DNA of 64,000 nt from a virus, in IMG/VR virus record IMGVR_UViG_3300010334_000030, positions 64,001-128,000 of that record. The stretch is one strand, 5' to 3'. Below, piece after piece: positions 39,640-49,043 of this stretch. Both the position numbers and the translations under genes were made by a program. How positions within the stretch are numbered: position 1 is the stretch's first letter; every line of letters begins with the position of its first letter. The notes under the pieces were generated by a model that saw only the letters and a program-made list of their open reading frames with translations, had not been told where the DNA came from and did not search any database.

Positions 39640-41451
39640 TTAACCCCCACCCGGAGGAATTTTTTGCCAACTTTGACCGTCCAAATAAGCATTCTTGGTG
39701 GCTTCTGATAATACGTTTCCGTTCACATCTCCAGTTGATGCAAAAGATTGTGCATTAGCAGAGGTCTTTAATACAGATTGATAAAGTTTACCGTCACCTC
39801 TATTAAAGATACTTTCTATCTCACCTCTCTCCCTCTCCCTTCCATGCTTTAACGTAAACGTCGCCTTTACTCCGGTTGGAAAATCATCAGGTCCAAGCGA
39901 TTCAGTAAATTCTATTTTAACCCCATCGCAAACAAGATTTCCAATCATAGCAATAGGGTTACAAGGATTACCAACAGTTACGTGCCATTCTCCCACTGGT
40001 GCACCAGTTAAAAGAGACAATGGCGCCCTATAATTGTCAGTAAGCTCCCCTGATACCGAAAGTTTTATCAATCTTCCAGCTGCAGTACCTAGTGTGTTTT
40101 CGAATTGCTTTATTTGATCGACAAATTTTGCTGGATCGTTTCCACCCTCGAGGAGAAGATTAGAAAGTTTTGCTCTTACATCGTCGACTGCATTTGATTC
40201 CGGATCGTTTAAAGTTTTTGTTGTAGCATCGGCAAGTTTATTACCAAAGTCTGTGAACCATTTGATGGGATTCGAATAATACAGTTCAAGGCCTCTGTCT
40301 CCTCCAGGGAATGCGATTGCGGGGGTGTCTGCTTGGTATCGAATATCAGGGGTTAAGAAATTTCCATAGTTTGTTCCTATTGAAAGAAGATTTGCTAAAA
40401 TATCCAGCATAGCTGCTTTTGAGTTTACCTCACCAACGGAGGTTAGATCATAATCAAAGACCAAAACGATATCATTCCAGGTGAAAGGAAGTCCAGTGGC
40501 TCTTACCTGTGTTGTTGTAACTACGTCAACTGACGTCCAAATATATTCACTCATCACACCACCTAAATCCTTAGATTTATCTCTAAGTGCTCTTGTTCGT
40601 CTAGCTTTAGTTACTGTTTCGTTAGGATCAGTAGCTATAGTCAAACCCTCAACTATGCTTCTACCCGCATCATAGATGTTTTTTACCTGTGGACTAATCT
40701 TATCTAACGTGGATCCTATAAATGACATTGGGCCTATACCCTGATCACCAGTAAAAAGACCTTTAGAAAATGCCTCTTGCCTTTTTATCTCCTCTTGTGT
40801 TGCTGGAAGCCATTTTAATCCAGTAGTAAAACTGAGTATACCCGAAAGGGAGTTTCCAGTATTTCCACCAAACCAAGTTATTGCCTGGGCGACAGGTCTT
40901 CCGACCCCCTCCGTTATATAAGCCTCATTATCTTTTAATGCTGCAGGGATAGACATATTGTCCAAAACTGGAGTTGGGAATCTTCTTAACGTTATCATGT
41001 AATTATTAGGAATAGATCCATAGTATTTACAATAAAGAAAATCCTTCCAGTAATAGGGTGCGGAAAGTCCCCCTATAATATTACCAATATATGTAGTTGA
41101 AGAAACTATCCCACTTAAGTTTCCAGTGTTTTGCGAAGCAACTGACTCGTTAGACATCGTTTCCTTAACTAGCATTCCTGCAGAGGGGTTCTTTGATGCT
41201 ATAGAAGAAATTGACTTATTAAAAGAAACGGATTCTGATCTATAATAAGCGTTTTTAAAATCATTCTCGTAGCTTCCTAGAGAGTAGAAAAGAAATTGAC
41301 CATATTTTGCAGGGTTCCTCTTTCCTGCTTCATAGAATAGCGACTTAGCGGTCTCTCTCTTAATGGGATTCGCACCAATATTGCTATACTTGGAAATTAA
41401 AGTATTGGAGTCAGTCTTGAGTATCTGTTCCCGGAGAAGATCTTCTATCAT
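39640..41451 (-). CDS. Putative baseplate/tail-tube initiator (gp48/gp54-like)
   Basis: C-terminal WHVTVGNP..IGNLVCDGVKIEF...DDFPTGVKATFTLK tube-fold-like segment; directly upstream of LysM gene. Confidence 0.5.
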   Translation of the reverse strand: MIEDLLREQILKTDSNTLISKYSNIGANPIKRETAKSLFYEAGKRNPAKYGQFLFYSLGSYENDFKNAYYRSESVSFNKSISSIASKNPSAGMLVKETMSNESVASQNTGNLSGIVSSTTYIGNIIGGLSAPYYWKDFLYCKYYGSIPNNYMITLRRFPTPVLDNMSIPAALKDNEAYITEGVGRPVAQAITWFGGNTGNSLSGILSFTTGLKWLPATQEEIKRQEAFSKGLFTGDQGIGPMSFIGSTLDKISPQVKNIYDAGRSIVEGLTIATDPNETVTKARRTRALRDKSKDLGGVMSEYIWTSVDVVTTTQVRATGLPFTWNDIVLVFDYDLTSVGEVNSKAAMLDILANLLSIGTNYGNFLTPDIRYQADTPAIAFPGGDRGLELYYSNPIKWFTDFGNKLADATTKTLNDPESNAVDDVRAKLSNLLLEGGNDPAKFVDQIKQFENTLGTAAGRLIKLSVSGELTDNYRAPLSLLTGAPVGEWHVTVGNPCNPIAMIGNLVCDGVKIEFTESLGPDDFPTGVKATFTLKHGRERERGEIESIFNRGDGKLYQSVLKTSANAQSFASTGDVNGNVLSEATKNAYLDGQSWQKIPPGGG

Positions 41452-41469
41452 TTAATCCATCACTATTTT

Positions 41470-41802
41470 TTATAGTCGGTGGATAGCATACTCTTCCTCT
41501 TTTGGTAATTCGGATAAGAAGTTCTCCAAATTACTTTCAAATTCAGGGGTTATGTTCTTATAGCAAATAAGCATGCTATCACACTTCGTACTATATATTC
41601 CCTGAACAATTTTCTTACGAATAGTGTAGTTTAATATAAATTCTGATTCTGTTGCTAGATTATCTATTTCGTATCCAAGATCCCTTATTATTTTAGAGAT
41701 GTCTACAATATAAGGGTCCAGCTTTTTAATGCGTGGTTTTTTCCTAGACTCTTTGGGAGAATTTTTAGATAAGTAGATGTTAAATATTTGCTTTTTGGGC
41801 AT
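41470..41802 (-). CDS. Hypothetical protein (110 aa)
   Basis: ORF in tightly packed operon. Confidence 0.7.
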   Translation of the reverse strand: MPKKQIFNIYLSKNSPKESRKKPRIKKLDPYIVDISKIIRDLGYEIDNLATESEFILNYTIRKKIVQGIYSTKCDSMLICYKNITPEFESNLENFLSELPKEEEYAIHRL

Positions 41803-41804
41803 TT

Positions 41805-42104
41805 TTATTCTTCGGTTTCGCTCAATTCATCCCAGTTTGATTTTATCATAAATGATTTAAAACTGGTATACTCTGGGGATTCTTGATTCCAATTTTTAAA
41901 AGAATCTAATTCCAATTTTACCCCATCCCTATTGACATTCTTCATAATCTCTCTATTCTTCATCTCCTGAACAAACATTCTATGCTTGTTTTTTCCCTCC
42001 TCTATATTATTAGAAATGTCATCGATGGTTTTCTTTTGGGGAATATTGATTCCAAGTTGTTTTAATATTCTTCTTTGTTCCTTCTTAGAAATTTGTCCAC
42101 TCAT
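41805..42104 (-). CDS. Hypothetical protein (99 aa)
   Basis: ORF in tightly packed operon. Confidence 0.7.
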   Translation of the reverse strand: MSGQISKKEQRRILKQLGINIPQKKTIDDISNNIEEGKNKHRMFVQEMKNREIMKNVNRDGVKLELDSFKNWNQESPEYTSFKSFMIKSNWDELSETEE

Positions 42105-42116
42105 ATTTTTACAAAA

Positions 42117-42707
42117 TTAAATTTCAGCAGTAAATCCTCTAGGTCTACCAAAAACTGAGTCGTCCCTGTTGTACATATCCATGCCGACAACATACTTAAA
42201 CAGTTTTAGAAATAGCGCAGGTATAAAAACGTCTTTTGTTTTAACTACATCATTAGAAGGAATAAATAAAAATTCAGACTGCTTCTCATTCTCAGATCCG
42301 TCTGTAGTAGCTGTTCCTCTTTTAATTCCTGTAACATTAACAGCAAAACATGGATGCTCTGTGTCAACCATCTTTGAAGCAGTAACTGTTCCTAGAAAAA
42401 ACCATTTGTCATTTTCAGTAACAGAAAAACCAGTTTCCTCCTTTAGCTCTCTTTTAGCTGTTTCCAAAAATCCTGAATCATCATCATCAGTCCTTCCAGA
42501 AACTACGGTTAAAGAATATCCACCTTCCCTAAAATTATTTCTTTCCCTGAGTACACCTATTGATATAGGAAGATTGTTTTCGTCGGTAACATATGGTAAT
42601 ATGATAACAGAATCATCTTTAGGTCTTAATCCAATATATCCATCTCTATCTATTACATCAAATCTTGGAGCTGTATAGAGTACTTTTTCTTTTATTGATT
42701 CTTGCAT
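42117..42707 (-). CDS. Nudix hydrolase
   Basis: Nudix box GRTDDDDSGFLETAKRELKEETGF (Gx5-6...RELxEExG); ADP-ribose-pyrophosphatase-like layout. Confidence 0.9.
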   Translation of the reverse strand: MQESIKEKVLYTAPRFDVIDRDGYIGLRPKDDSVIILPYVTDENNLPISIGVLRERNNFREGGYSLTVVSGRTDDDDSGFLETAKRELKEETGFSVTENDKWFFLGTVTASKMVDTEHPCFAVNVTGIKRGTATTDGSENEKQSEFLFIPSNDVVKTKDVFIPALFLKLFKYVVGMDMYNRDDSVFGRPRGFTAEI

Positions 42708-42708
42708 T

Positions 42709-43347
42709 TTATTCTTCTACTTCTTTTTGTTCTTTCTCTGAATCCTCATTAATCTTAGATTTTTTTCCGGAGTCAGAATAATAAGATTTTTTAACAGAAT
42801 CAGCTAATGATTTTTTTATGTTATTAATATCTATCCCATCTAAGACAAAATCAATAATTTCCTTTTCTGCCTCTTCAAAAGATAAAAGAAGAACATTGTA
42901 TAAATCCTTCGGAGGAAGATTCAATTTTATCTTAATCGAAACCTCAACCATATTCTTTTTCTGCTTTCTTAACAACTTATATATCGGAGATTCAGGATTG
43001 AGATCACCAGTCTCCTCGTAAACTATAGAGGTAACTGCAGACTCTTTTATAATATCTCTTTGTTGAATTGGTTGTTCTTTTACTATAGGAGCAGCAGGAA
43101 ACATTAGCATGTATTCTTCAACTAGATCAATGTTAATTTTTCTCCCACTTTGGAAGTCAATAAAAATGAAATCACCATTATTTGAAATACCCTTGTATCT
43201 TTCTACAGCAGGCACGTTTTCACCCTTTATCCACTCAAAATCATAAGGTGAATACTGATCTTGATACTCTTTAATTGTTTTCTGAGGAGATTCCATTTTT
43301 TTATTTTTTTTTATTGTCCCAAATAGGGACTTGAATAAGTTCCCCAT
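42709..43347 (-). CDS. Hypothetical protein (true start may be ATG 43296, MESPQ)
   Basis: ORF; ATG 43296 is preceded by the A-rich leader seen before other genes. Confidence 0.7.
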   Translation of the reverse strand: MGNLFKSLFGTIKKNKKMESPQKTIKEYQDQYSPYDFEWIKGENVPAVERYKGISNNGDFIFIDFQSGRKINIDLVEEYMLMFPAAPIVKEQPIQQRDIIKESAVTSIVYEETGDLNPESPIYKLLRKQKKNMVEVSIKIKLNLPPKDLYNVLLLSFEEAEKEIIDFVLDGIDINNIKKSLADSVKKSYYSDSGKKSKINEDSEKEQKEVEE

Positions 43348-43626
43348 CTATTGTTTTTTATTATTTTTATTGTGATTTGTTCCAGAGTTCATAAACTCAT
43401 ATTCACCAGTGTTCATATAAGTTTCTAAAAAAACAGGCAAATCCTTAAGAATAAGCCATGTTGATTTTCCCTTATTTGATTTCTTGCCATCATACTTCCA
43501 CATTTCAACTATATTATCTAGTATTTTATCATTGTGTCTAGAAAACTCAATAACCTTATTGCCCTTCTTTTTTTTAAGGATTATTGAAGACCCGTATTCT
43601 AAGTTGAAGTCTAAATCAAAGCTCAT
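43348..43626 (-). CDS. Hypothetical protein (92 aa)
   Basis: ORF in operon. Confidence 0.6.
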   Translation of the reverse strand: MSFDLDFNLEYGSSIILKKKKGNKVIEFSRHNDKILDNIVEMWKYDGKKSNKGKSTWLILKDLPVFLETYMNTGEYEFMNSGTNHNKNNKKQ

Positions 43627-43665
43627 CTTTAATTGTAATACTCGATGACCTTTTTGTTTCGATGA

Positions 43666-44610
43666 TTAATTCTGATTCCTAAAATATATGCTCTCTATCT
43701 CCTCGTTAGGTAAAAATGTAGAAAGAGCTTTTCTCATCCTCCTGATGCTATCATCAGTTTCAGATCTGTATATAGGATTATCTGAAGATTTATTCTGGTT
43801 GTTGGAACGATTGTTTTTTAGGGTTTCTATAAAATAATTAACAAATCCATCCTTGTGCGTTTTGGTATCGCGTCCTGTGCATCTGTTTATCAGATAATCA
43901 TAATATGGGTTTTTAGATTTTAATTCGGATAAACCTATGGGTTCCTCTATCCCCATGGATGGATCGTCATCAAAATTAAAGGATGTCTTTTTACTTTCAC
44001 CTTTATTATCTATATGCAAGCAGGGTATTGTAGAATCCTTTGTTTTGTAAATCTTGAAAGATCCAAATAAATCATGTTTATTTCTTTTCTTTAAATCCAC
44101 CAAAGATTTATTTTTTAAAACCGCCTCCCATGAATCTCTATCTTTTCTTTTAATTGTATCTACATCGTCGGGAATACCAAGTAGGTCCAAAAGAATCTCA
44201 ATATCACATCTAGTAGATTCTGTTCTTTGTCCGTTCTTAACCGTTAAATAGTTAGCAAAGCCCTCTATAAAATCATCTATAAGATCTTCCGTGGTATCAT
44301 GATCCTCTAGATTTTTATATTTGTTAATAGATACCCTTGAGACCTTGCCGTTCTCACCCTTCTTTGTTTTAATTATACTAAGAGGAATTTCTATCGAATC
44401 TAGCTCTTCACCAGCTTTATTAACGTAACTCAATAAAGCAGACCCACCTGTACTGTTAAACAGTATCGCTCTATTTTTTTTAGAGTCTGGATTGCTGGTG
44501 ATGTCAGTAACAGAAATAACACAAGAATCATCAGAGTCCTTTACGTGTTTAAAACCGTAACTTATTGATTCCTTTAGTTGAAAAAAATCTAAAAATTTTT
44601 TAACTGACAT
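43666..44610 (-). CDS. Hypothetical protein, possible internal head protein
   Basis: N-terminus MSVKKFLDFFQLKE resembles T4 capsid-targeting sequence MKTYQEFIAE. Confidence 0.6.
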   Translation of the reverse strand: MSVKKFLDFFQLKESISYGFKHVKDSDDSCVISVTDITSNPDSKKNRAILFNSTGGSALLSYVNKAGEELDSIEIPLSIIKTKKGENGKVSRVSINKYKNLEDHDTTEDLIDDFIEGFANYLTVKNGQRTESTRCDIEILLDLLGIPDDVDTIKRKDRDSWEAVLKNKSLVDLKKRNKHDLFGSFKIYKTKDSTIPCLHIDNKGESKKTSFNFDDDPSMGIEEPIGLSELKSKNPYYDYLINRCTGRDTKTHKDGFVNYFIETLKNNRSNNQNKSSDNPIYRSETDDSIRRMRKALSTFLPNEEIESIYFRNQN

Positions 44611-44616
44611 TAGTAA

Positions 44617-45060
44617 TTAATAATTAGTGTCACTCCCGAAATGGATAGTAACATCGAATTTTTTAGGATCGGTAGACGCGTTCATATCAATTTCCAATTT
44701 AGAAGGATATGTTGGAATTTTATATTCTTTATATTCAACGTGCATTTGTCCAATATCTATAGTTCTTCCAGGTATAAGGTCTATATCAAAATCTTTGGTT
44801 GGATTTGGATGATCGTCTACACTAAATTCAAGTTCCACATTTTTTATTGAGAAAGTAACATCAGAGATTCCTTTTTTTGTGATATCTAAGTTTACTGAAT
44901 ATTCAACAAAAGCCTTAGAGTTTATGATATCCTGATATTCTTTAGGCCTATTGTGTATATCTATATCAATGTACTCTATCCCGGTGCCGAAACTATATTC
45001 ACCCCTAGGACCCTCTTTTTTTGCATATGTGAATGCTCCGTAATCGTAAATTCTAGACAT
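44617..45060 (-). CDS. Hypothetical protein (147 aa)
   Basis: ORF with late-promoter motif upstream. Confidence 0.7.
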   Translation of the reverse strand: MSRIYDYGAFTYAKKEGPRGEYSFGTGIEYIDIDIHNRPKEYQDIINSKAFVEYSVNLDITKKGISDVTFSIKNVELEFSVDDHPNPTKDFDIDLIPGRTIDIGQMHVEYKEYKIPTYPSKLEIDMNASTDPKKFDVTIHFGSDTNY

Positions 45061-45077
45061 TAAAAAGACTTTTCTTG

Positions 45078-45085
45078 TATATATC
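45078..45085 (-). promoter_or_regulatory. Putative late promoter GATATATA
   Basis: 18 nt upstream of ATG 45060. Confidence 0.65.
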
Positions 45086-45109
45086 TTTAAGCTCTTCTAA
45101 TGAGCGACA

Positions 45110-45117
45110 AATATATA
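45110..45117 (+). promoter_or_regulatory. Putative late promoter variant AATATATA (divergent)
   Basis: On + strand, 24 nt before ATG 45142; back to back with the 45078 motif. Confidence 0.5.
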
Positions 45118-45141
45118 CATTAGATTTAAAAAAGTCCAGAG

Positions 45142-45879
45142 ATGAAAAAAAAGTTAAGCCCTATATGGTTTTTGAAGGATCCACTGGATCCAGAGCACAA
45201 GGAGTATATCCTATTGGACTATTTGAAAGCAATAAGTAAGGATCTAAACCATAGCAACTGTTTTACCATTACAAAAGAGATCTCAAGGATAATAAAGTCC
45301 TTGAATGACTATAAAGAAACTAAAAAATTTAGCAAATCCGTTACTGATCTTTTGAAAAGAGAGGATAATGAATTTATGGAAGAATTCACAAAAAAGGATT
45401 TAAATGATGAAGATTTAAAGAACATAGAATCAATCATAAAGAGCTCTTTGGACACCCTTTATGGGTACTCAGGAATCTGTTTAGAGATGATAAAGGAGGA
45501 AGAATCTAAAATTAAAATATTCAAGATCCAATCAAAATTTGATCCGCCGATAAGAAAAGATGACTCTGGTATACTCATAATCAGAAATATGGCAACTGAT
45601 AAGATCTTAAATTATTTTTTCAGAGCTCAAATAATAATGAAAACAGAGGATGGCGATAAAGAGGTCTTTATCTTAAAAAAAGCTCCCGTTAGGAACCCAT
45701 TTTTTTCACTTAATTACGAGTACATATATCACGAGATTCTGAACGAGTTTAGCATAAATGGTGAGCATTTCCCACATTTATACGTTATAGAAATATATGA
45801 GAATTTTGAGGAGGAATCCGAAATTTATAAATTAGCTAAGGAGAAATTCATAGACACACTATCAAAAAAATCCACATAA
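45142..45879 (+). CDS. Hypothetical protein (245 aa)
   Basis: Plus-strand ORF with own promoter motif and terminator; N-terminal WFLKDPLDPEHKEYILLDYL. Confidence 0.8.
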   Translation: MKKKLSPIWFLKDPLDPEHKEYILLDYLKAISKDLNHSNCFTITKEISRIIKSLNDYKETKKFSKSVTDLLKREDNEFMEEFTKKDLNDEDLKNIESIIKSSLDTLYGYSGICLEMIKEEESKIKIFKIQSKFDPPIRKDDSGILIIRNMATDKILNYFFRAQIIMKTEDGDKEVFILKKAPVRNPFFSLNYEYIYHEILNEFSINGEHFPHLYVIEIYENFEEESEIYKLAKEKFIDTLSKKST

Positions 45880-45880
45880 A

Positions 45881-45902
45881 AAAAGGCCTATAAAGGCCTT
45901 TT
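45881..45902. terminator. Bidirectional rho-independent terminator
   Basis: AAAAGGCCT-ATAA-AGGCCTTTT between convergent genes, A/T tracts on both sides. Confidence 0.85.
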
Positions 45903-45923
45903 CTTTTTAATAGCATATCAATA

Positions 45924-46268
45924 TTAAAAATCTTCCAATCTTTTTAAATCCGATGAAAATTCTAGGGATTCAGTGGTGTGCATTATGCTGGTGGTACCGA
46001 AACTAGTAGCATCTTTAAATATGCCTTGCTCATTTCTATCTATTCTTACACCAGGCACATTTATGTTTGAGGTGTTTGCAAAAACAGCATTAGCATATCC
46101 AACATGATCATATGCAGGCTCTCTTTTAATGGTAGAAAGACCTGATTTCATTAACCCACCTTGCGATTGGTTAGAAGGTGCAAGTGGCTTGTATTTATTG
46201 TCATGTACCTTGTTCAGAAACTGATCAAAATTTAATATTTCCCTTTGGGCTACGTTTTGTAAATTCAT
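45924..46268 (-). CDS. Hypothetical protein, possible internal head protein
   Basis: ILNFDQFLN motif near N-terminus, nearly identical to MLNFDQFVVNE of 53963-54235. Confidence 0.65.
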   Translation of the reverse strand: MNLQNVAQREILNFDQFLNKVHDNKYKPLAPSNQSQGGLMKSGLSTIKREPAYDHVGYANAVFANTSNINVPGVRIDRNEQGIFKDATSFGTTSIMHTTESLEFSSDLKRLEDF

Positions 46269-46283
46269 ATTAAAAAAATTAAT

Positions 46284-46925
46284 TTATGCTGCAGCTGCTG
46301 AATTCCATATTCTTTGTAAAGCCCCCCAAATTCCATCTGAAGAACCTGAATCACCTCTTGATGCTCCTGTTGATGGCGATACCTGGCTTGAAGTGTATGA
46401 TTGTCCCAGTCTTTGGCTAAGAGCATTGGTAAGTTTTTCTTTGTCATTACTGCTTAAATTTTCAACAGCTTCTTTACCGATATGAGCGCTTCCTAATAGC
46501 TCCTCGAATGCTTTAACCATTTTATCCTGTCCTTCCTTACTTAAAAGCATATTTCTTAGAAAAGTAAAAGCTAAACCAGTTGTCTTAATCCCCATAGAAG
46601 CAGCTACGGTATCTATACCTTTTTGTTCTACGAATCTTCTTAAAGAGTCAGCAAGTTTAGGAGCCCAATAAGTTGAATTTAAATTATCCCCTGAAAGTAT
46701 TTTTGGGATATCACCCATTGGAATTTCTGTTACGAAGTTCTGAACAAATGAAGAAAGTAGGGATCCTTCCATAAGACCCAATTTCTCTAAAAGAGCAGCA
46801 GTTATTTTTGTCCTGATTGTGTCTTTGAATCCAGTTCCCATTACAGAAAACAGATTTGAGAAAAATCCACCGAAGTTGAAGTCCTCATTTATCTGAAATT
46901 CTTTTAATTTTTTAATGTTTGACAT
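46284..46925 (-). CDS. Probable internal head/ejection protein
   Basis: MSNIKKLKEFQINE then amphipathic DFNFGGFFSNLFSVMG; C-terminal GIWGALQRIWNS. Confidence 0.65.
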   Translation of the reverse strand: MSNIKKLKEFQINEDFNFGGFFSNLFSVMGTGFKDTIRTKITAALLEKLGLMEGSLLSSFVQNFVTEIPMGDIPKILSGDNLNSTYWAPKLADSLRRFVEQKGIDTVAASMGIKTTGLAFTFLRNMLLSKEGQDKMVKAFEELLGSAHIGKEAVENLSSNDKEKLTNALSQRLGQSYTSSQVSPSTGASRGDSGSSDGIWGALQRIWNSAAAA

Positions 46926-46943
46926 TGAAAAAAATTTTTCTTA

Positions 46944-46951
46944 TATATATC
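46944..46951 (-). promoter_or_regulatory. Putative late promoter GATATATA
   Basis: 19 nt upstream of ATG 46925. Confidence 0.65.
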
Positions 46952-46972
46952 TAAACAGGTTTAGGATTCCTC

Positions 46973-48382
46973 TTATTTAATAGATTCTATAAAGAGATTA
47001 ACCGCTTTTTGTCTATATTTAATTCTATCCTCTTTTATTTCAGGGTTTTTAAGTGCCTCTTTTTTCCTGTTTAATATAGATTCGGGTAAAAGTGGACCAA
47101 ATGTGTCCTTAAGTATTTTTTTATCTGTCCTCCATTCTATAGGTAAATGCAAGGCAAATCTAACTATTTCTAGATTCAGGAATGGATTTCTTAACTCCAG
47201 GGTATGTGCCATAGACATTTTATCAAGTCTAGGCAAGTGGTAATAGGTAAGCTCTTCAAAAATGTCAGACTGCTGGGAGTCGTATTCGTGGATTCTTGAA
47301 TATCCGCCAAAGAGCTCATCAGAGCCGTCCCCGCTAATAACTATCCGATATCCTGTTTCCTTCTTAACTGCTTCAAATAAATGGTATTGCGGTATAACAG
47401 ATCCTAGATCTATAGGTCCTTCGTTCCAATCACAATAAATATCTGCCAGTTTGCTAGAATCCATATTGTAGTCTAAAAAGTTAATCGGGGTCTCTAAATG
47501 CTCACTAAGTGCTTTAACATACTGGGATTCCCCATTTTCTATAGAAAACCAGGTTACCTTGGATTCAAGCTGTTTAAGAATTGCTGCTATGATCGAAGAA
47601 TCTAGACCCCCAGAAACTAACACCGATATTGGATAGTTCTTAGACACCAGACGGAACTTTACGCTCTCTATCATTTTATCCCAAAGCCATTCCATATGAG
47701 CCTCGTAATCAGCTCCTATTAAGCTTTTAATTGGGGTTTCCCAAGCTCTATAATACTTAGGGAAAATGTGGTTAAAAAGTGGAGACGCTATATTGTAGGA
47801 ATAAATGTTATTTGGTAAAAGTCTTTTAATGTTTAGATAAGGTGTTCTTTCATCCTTATTATATCCCCATTTCCTAACCGAACTAATATAGGATTGGTCA
47901 AGATCACTTTGACCTGTAAATAGACCTTTTATCTCTGAGCAAATCTCACCAAGCTCATTTTTATAAAGGCACTTCTTACCAAGAGGATCGGTAAAGGCGA
48001 TAATATCACCAGTTTTAGAATTGTAGATAATTATAGCCCAAAATCCATCCCAAGTTTGAATATGAGGAATATACATAGCACTAAAGAACTCCACGCTTCC
48101 ACCTCTATAACTAGAGAATAAATTACAAAGATACTCAGTATCGGATGAAAATTTAGTTTGATCATAATTAAAGATCTCACCATTAAACATCAAATATATT
48201 CCATCTGATATTTCTAGAGGCTGTGCCCATTCATCACCATCTAATGTCTGGATGGGAAGTCTATGGTGGCATAGGGTAACACCATCAAGATCAACCATTG
48301 ATTTTTCTATTCCTCTATGTTCTATAGAATCTAAGAGTTCGGGCATTTCGCTGGCCCTAGTAGTTAGCAGTATTCCGCACAT
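46973..48382 (-). CDS. asnB: Asparagine synthetase B-like glutamine amidotransferase
   Basis: N-terminal MCGI (Ntn Cys2), HRG, HRL, FNGEIFN, SGGLDSS PP-loop, GDGSDELFGGY, ELRNPFL. Confidence 0.92.
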   Translation of the reverse strand: MCGILLTTRASEMPELLDSIEHRGIEKSMVDLDGVTLCHHRLPIQTLDGDEWAQPLEISDGIYLMFNGEIFNYDQTKFSSDTEYLCNLFSSYRGGSVEFFSAMYIPHIQTWDGFWAIIIYNSKTGDIIAFTDPLGKKCLYKNELGEICSEIKGLFTGQSDLDQSYISSVRKWGYNKDERTPYLNIKRLLPNNIYSYNIASPLFNHIFPKYYRAWETPIKSLIGADYEAHMEWLWDKMIESVKFRLVSKNYPISVLVSGGLDSSIIAAILKQLESKVTWFSIENGESQYVKALSEHLETPINFLDYNMDSSKLADIYCDWNEGPIDLGSVIPQYHLFEAVKKETGYRIVISGDGSDELFGGYSRIHEYDSQQSDIFEELTYYHLPRLDKMSMAHTLELRNPFLNLEIVRFALHLPIEWRTDKKILKDTFGPLLPESILNRKKEALKNPEIKEDRIKYRQKAVNLFIESIK

Positions 48383-48384
48383 AA

Positions 48385-48945
48385 TTAAATGGTAAATTCT
48401 GATTCAAAAAATGATTTAAGTTCTGATACAGTTTTAGTATCGAAAGTATTTTTAAAGATCTTTAAGTTTCCAATACCTATTTCGTTAAATTTAGAAATAA
48501 CAAACTCGAAAGCTTTCCTTTCTGCTGATGATTTATCGGCATAGTCCCATTGATCTTTATTTCTATCGGATTTATTTGGATTGTCCCCATCTATATAAAG
48601 GACGGTAATTCCTGACATTAAACCTGAATTTTTAATATAAAGAATTTGTTTAGCTGCATCAGACTTTGATATTCTATTCTCAGAAATTCCCCAGGCTAAA
48701 ACAGTTAGGATTCCGCGGTCGTGTATGAAGTCGGGTAGATTTATATCCTTAGCCATTTGCATAAGCATGAGTTCTTTACCCATTGAAAACGAATGTGCCT
48801 CTCTGTTGTCCTTACTGGAAAGCCCTAAGAGATTAAAATAGCTGCCAAAATCAAACTGGAATCTTGGGATCCCAACAAGCTTAGAGATCTCAGTAGAGAG
48901 ATAGGTTTTACCAGAATTTCGAGAACCTTCAAAAACATAGATCAT
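48385..48945 (-). CDS. P-loop nucleoside monophosphate kinase (thymidylate-kinase-like)
   Basis: VFEGSRNSGKT Walker A and IHDRG (DR motif). Confidence 0.75.
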   Translation of the reverse strand: MIYVFEGSRNSGKTYLSTEISKLVGIPRFQFDFGSYFNLLGLSSKDNREAHSFSMGKELMLMQMAKDINLPDFIHDRGILTVLAWGISENRISKSDAAKQILYIKNSGLMSGITVLYIDGDNPNKSDRNKDQWDYADKSSAERKAFEFVISKFNEIGIGNLKIFKNTFDTKTVSELKSFFESEFTI

Positions 48946-48958
48946 TGGTCTTTATTTT

Positions 48959-48968
48959 TTATATTCTA
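48959..48968 (-). promoter_or_regulatory. Second recurrent upstream motif TAGAATATAA
   Basis: Identical 10-mer also at 49965-49974 and 63822-63831, each intergenic upstream of a minus-strand gene. Confidence 0.45.
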
Positions 48969-48997
48969 CAAATGTAATAAAATTCCACGGACATAAA

Positions 48998-49023
48998 AAA
49001 AACCAGGATTATTCCTGGTTTTT
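48998..49023 (-). terminator. Rho-independent terminator
   Basis: AAAAACCAGGA-TTAT-TCCTGGTTTTT hairpin after the 301-aa gene. Confidence 0.85.
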
Positions 49024-49043
49024 GTATTTTGAATATTTTTAAA

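Noticed and set aside
42709-43626. TAG immediately followed by an in-frame ATG (43348/43347), suggesting amber recoding
   Set aside because: Other TAG stops (14186, 62980) end genes sensibly and long ORFs are intact under the standard code
46973-48382. AsnB as lasso peptide cyclase
   Set aside because: Intact Ntn glutaminase Cys2 and no lasso precursor, RRE or B2 protease nearby
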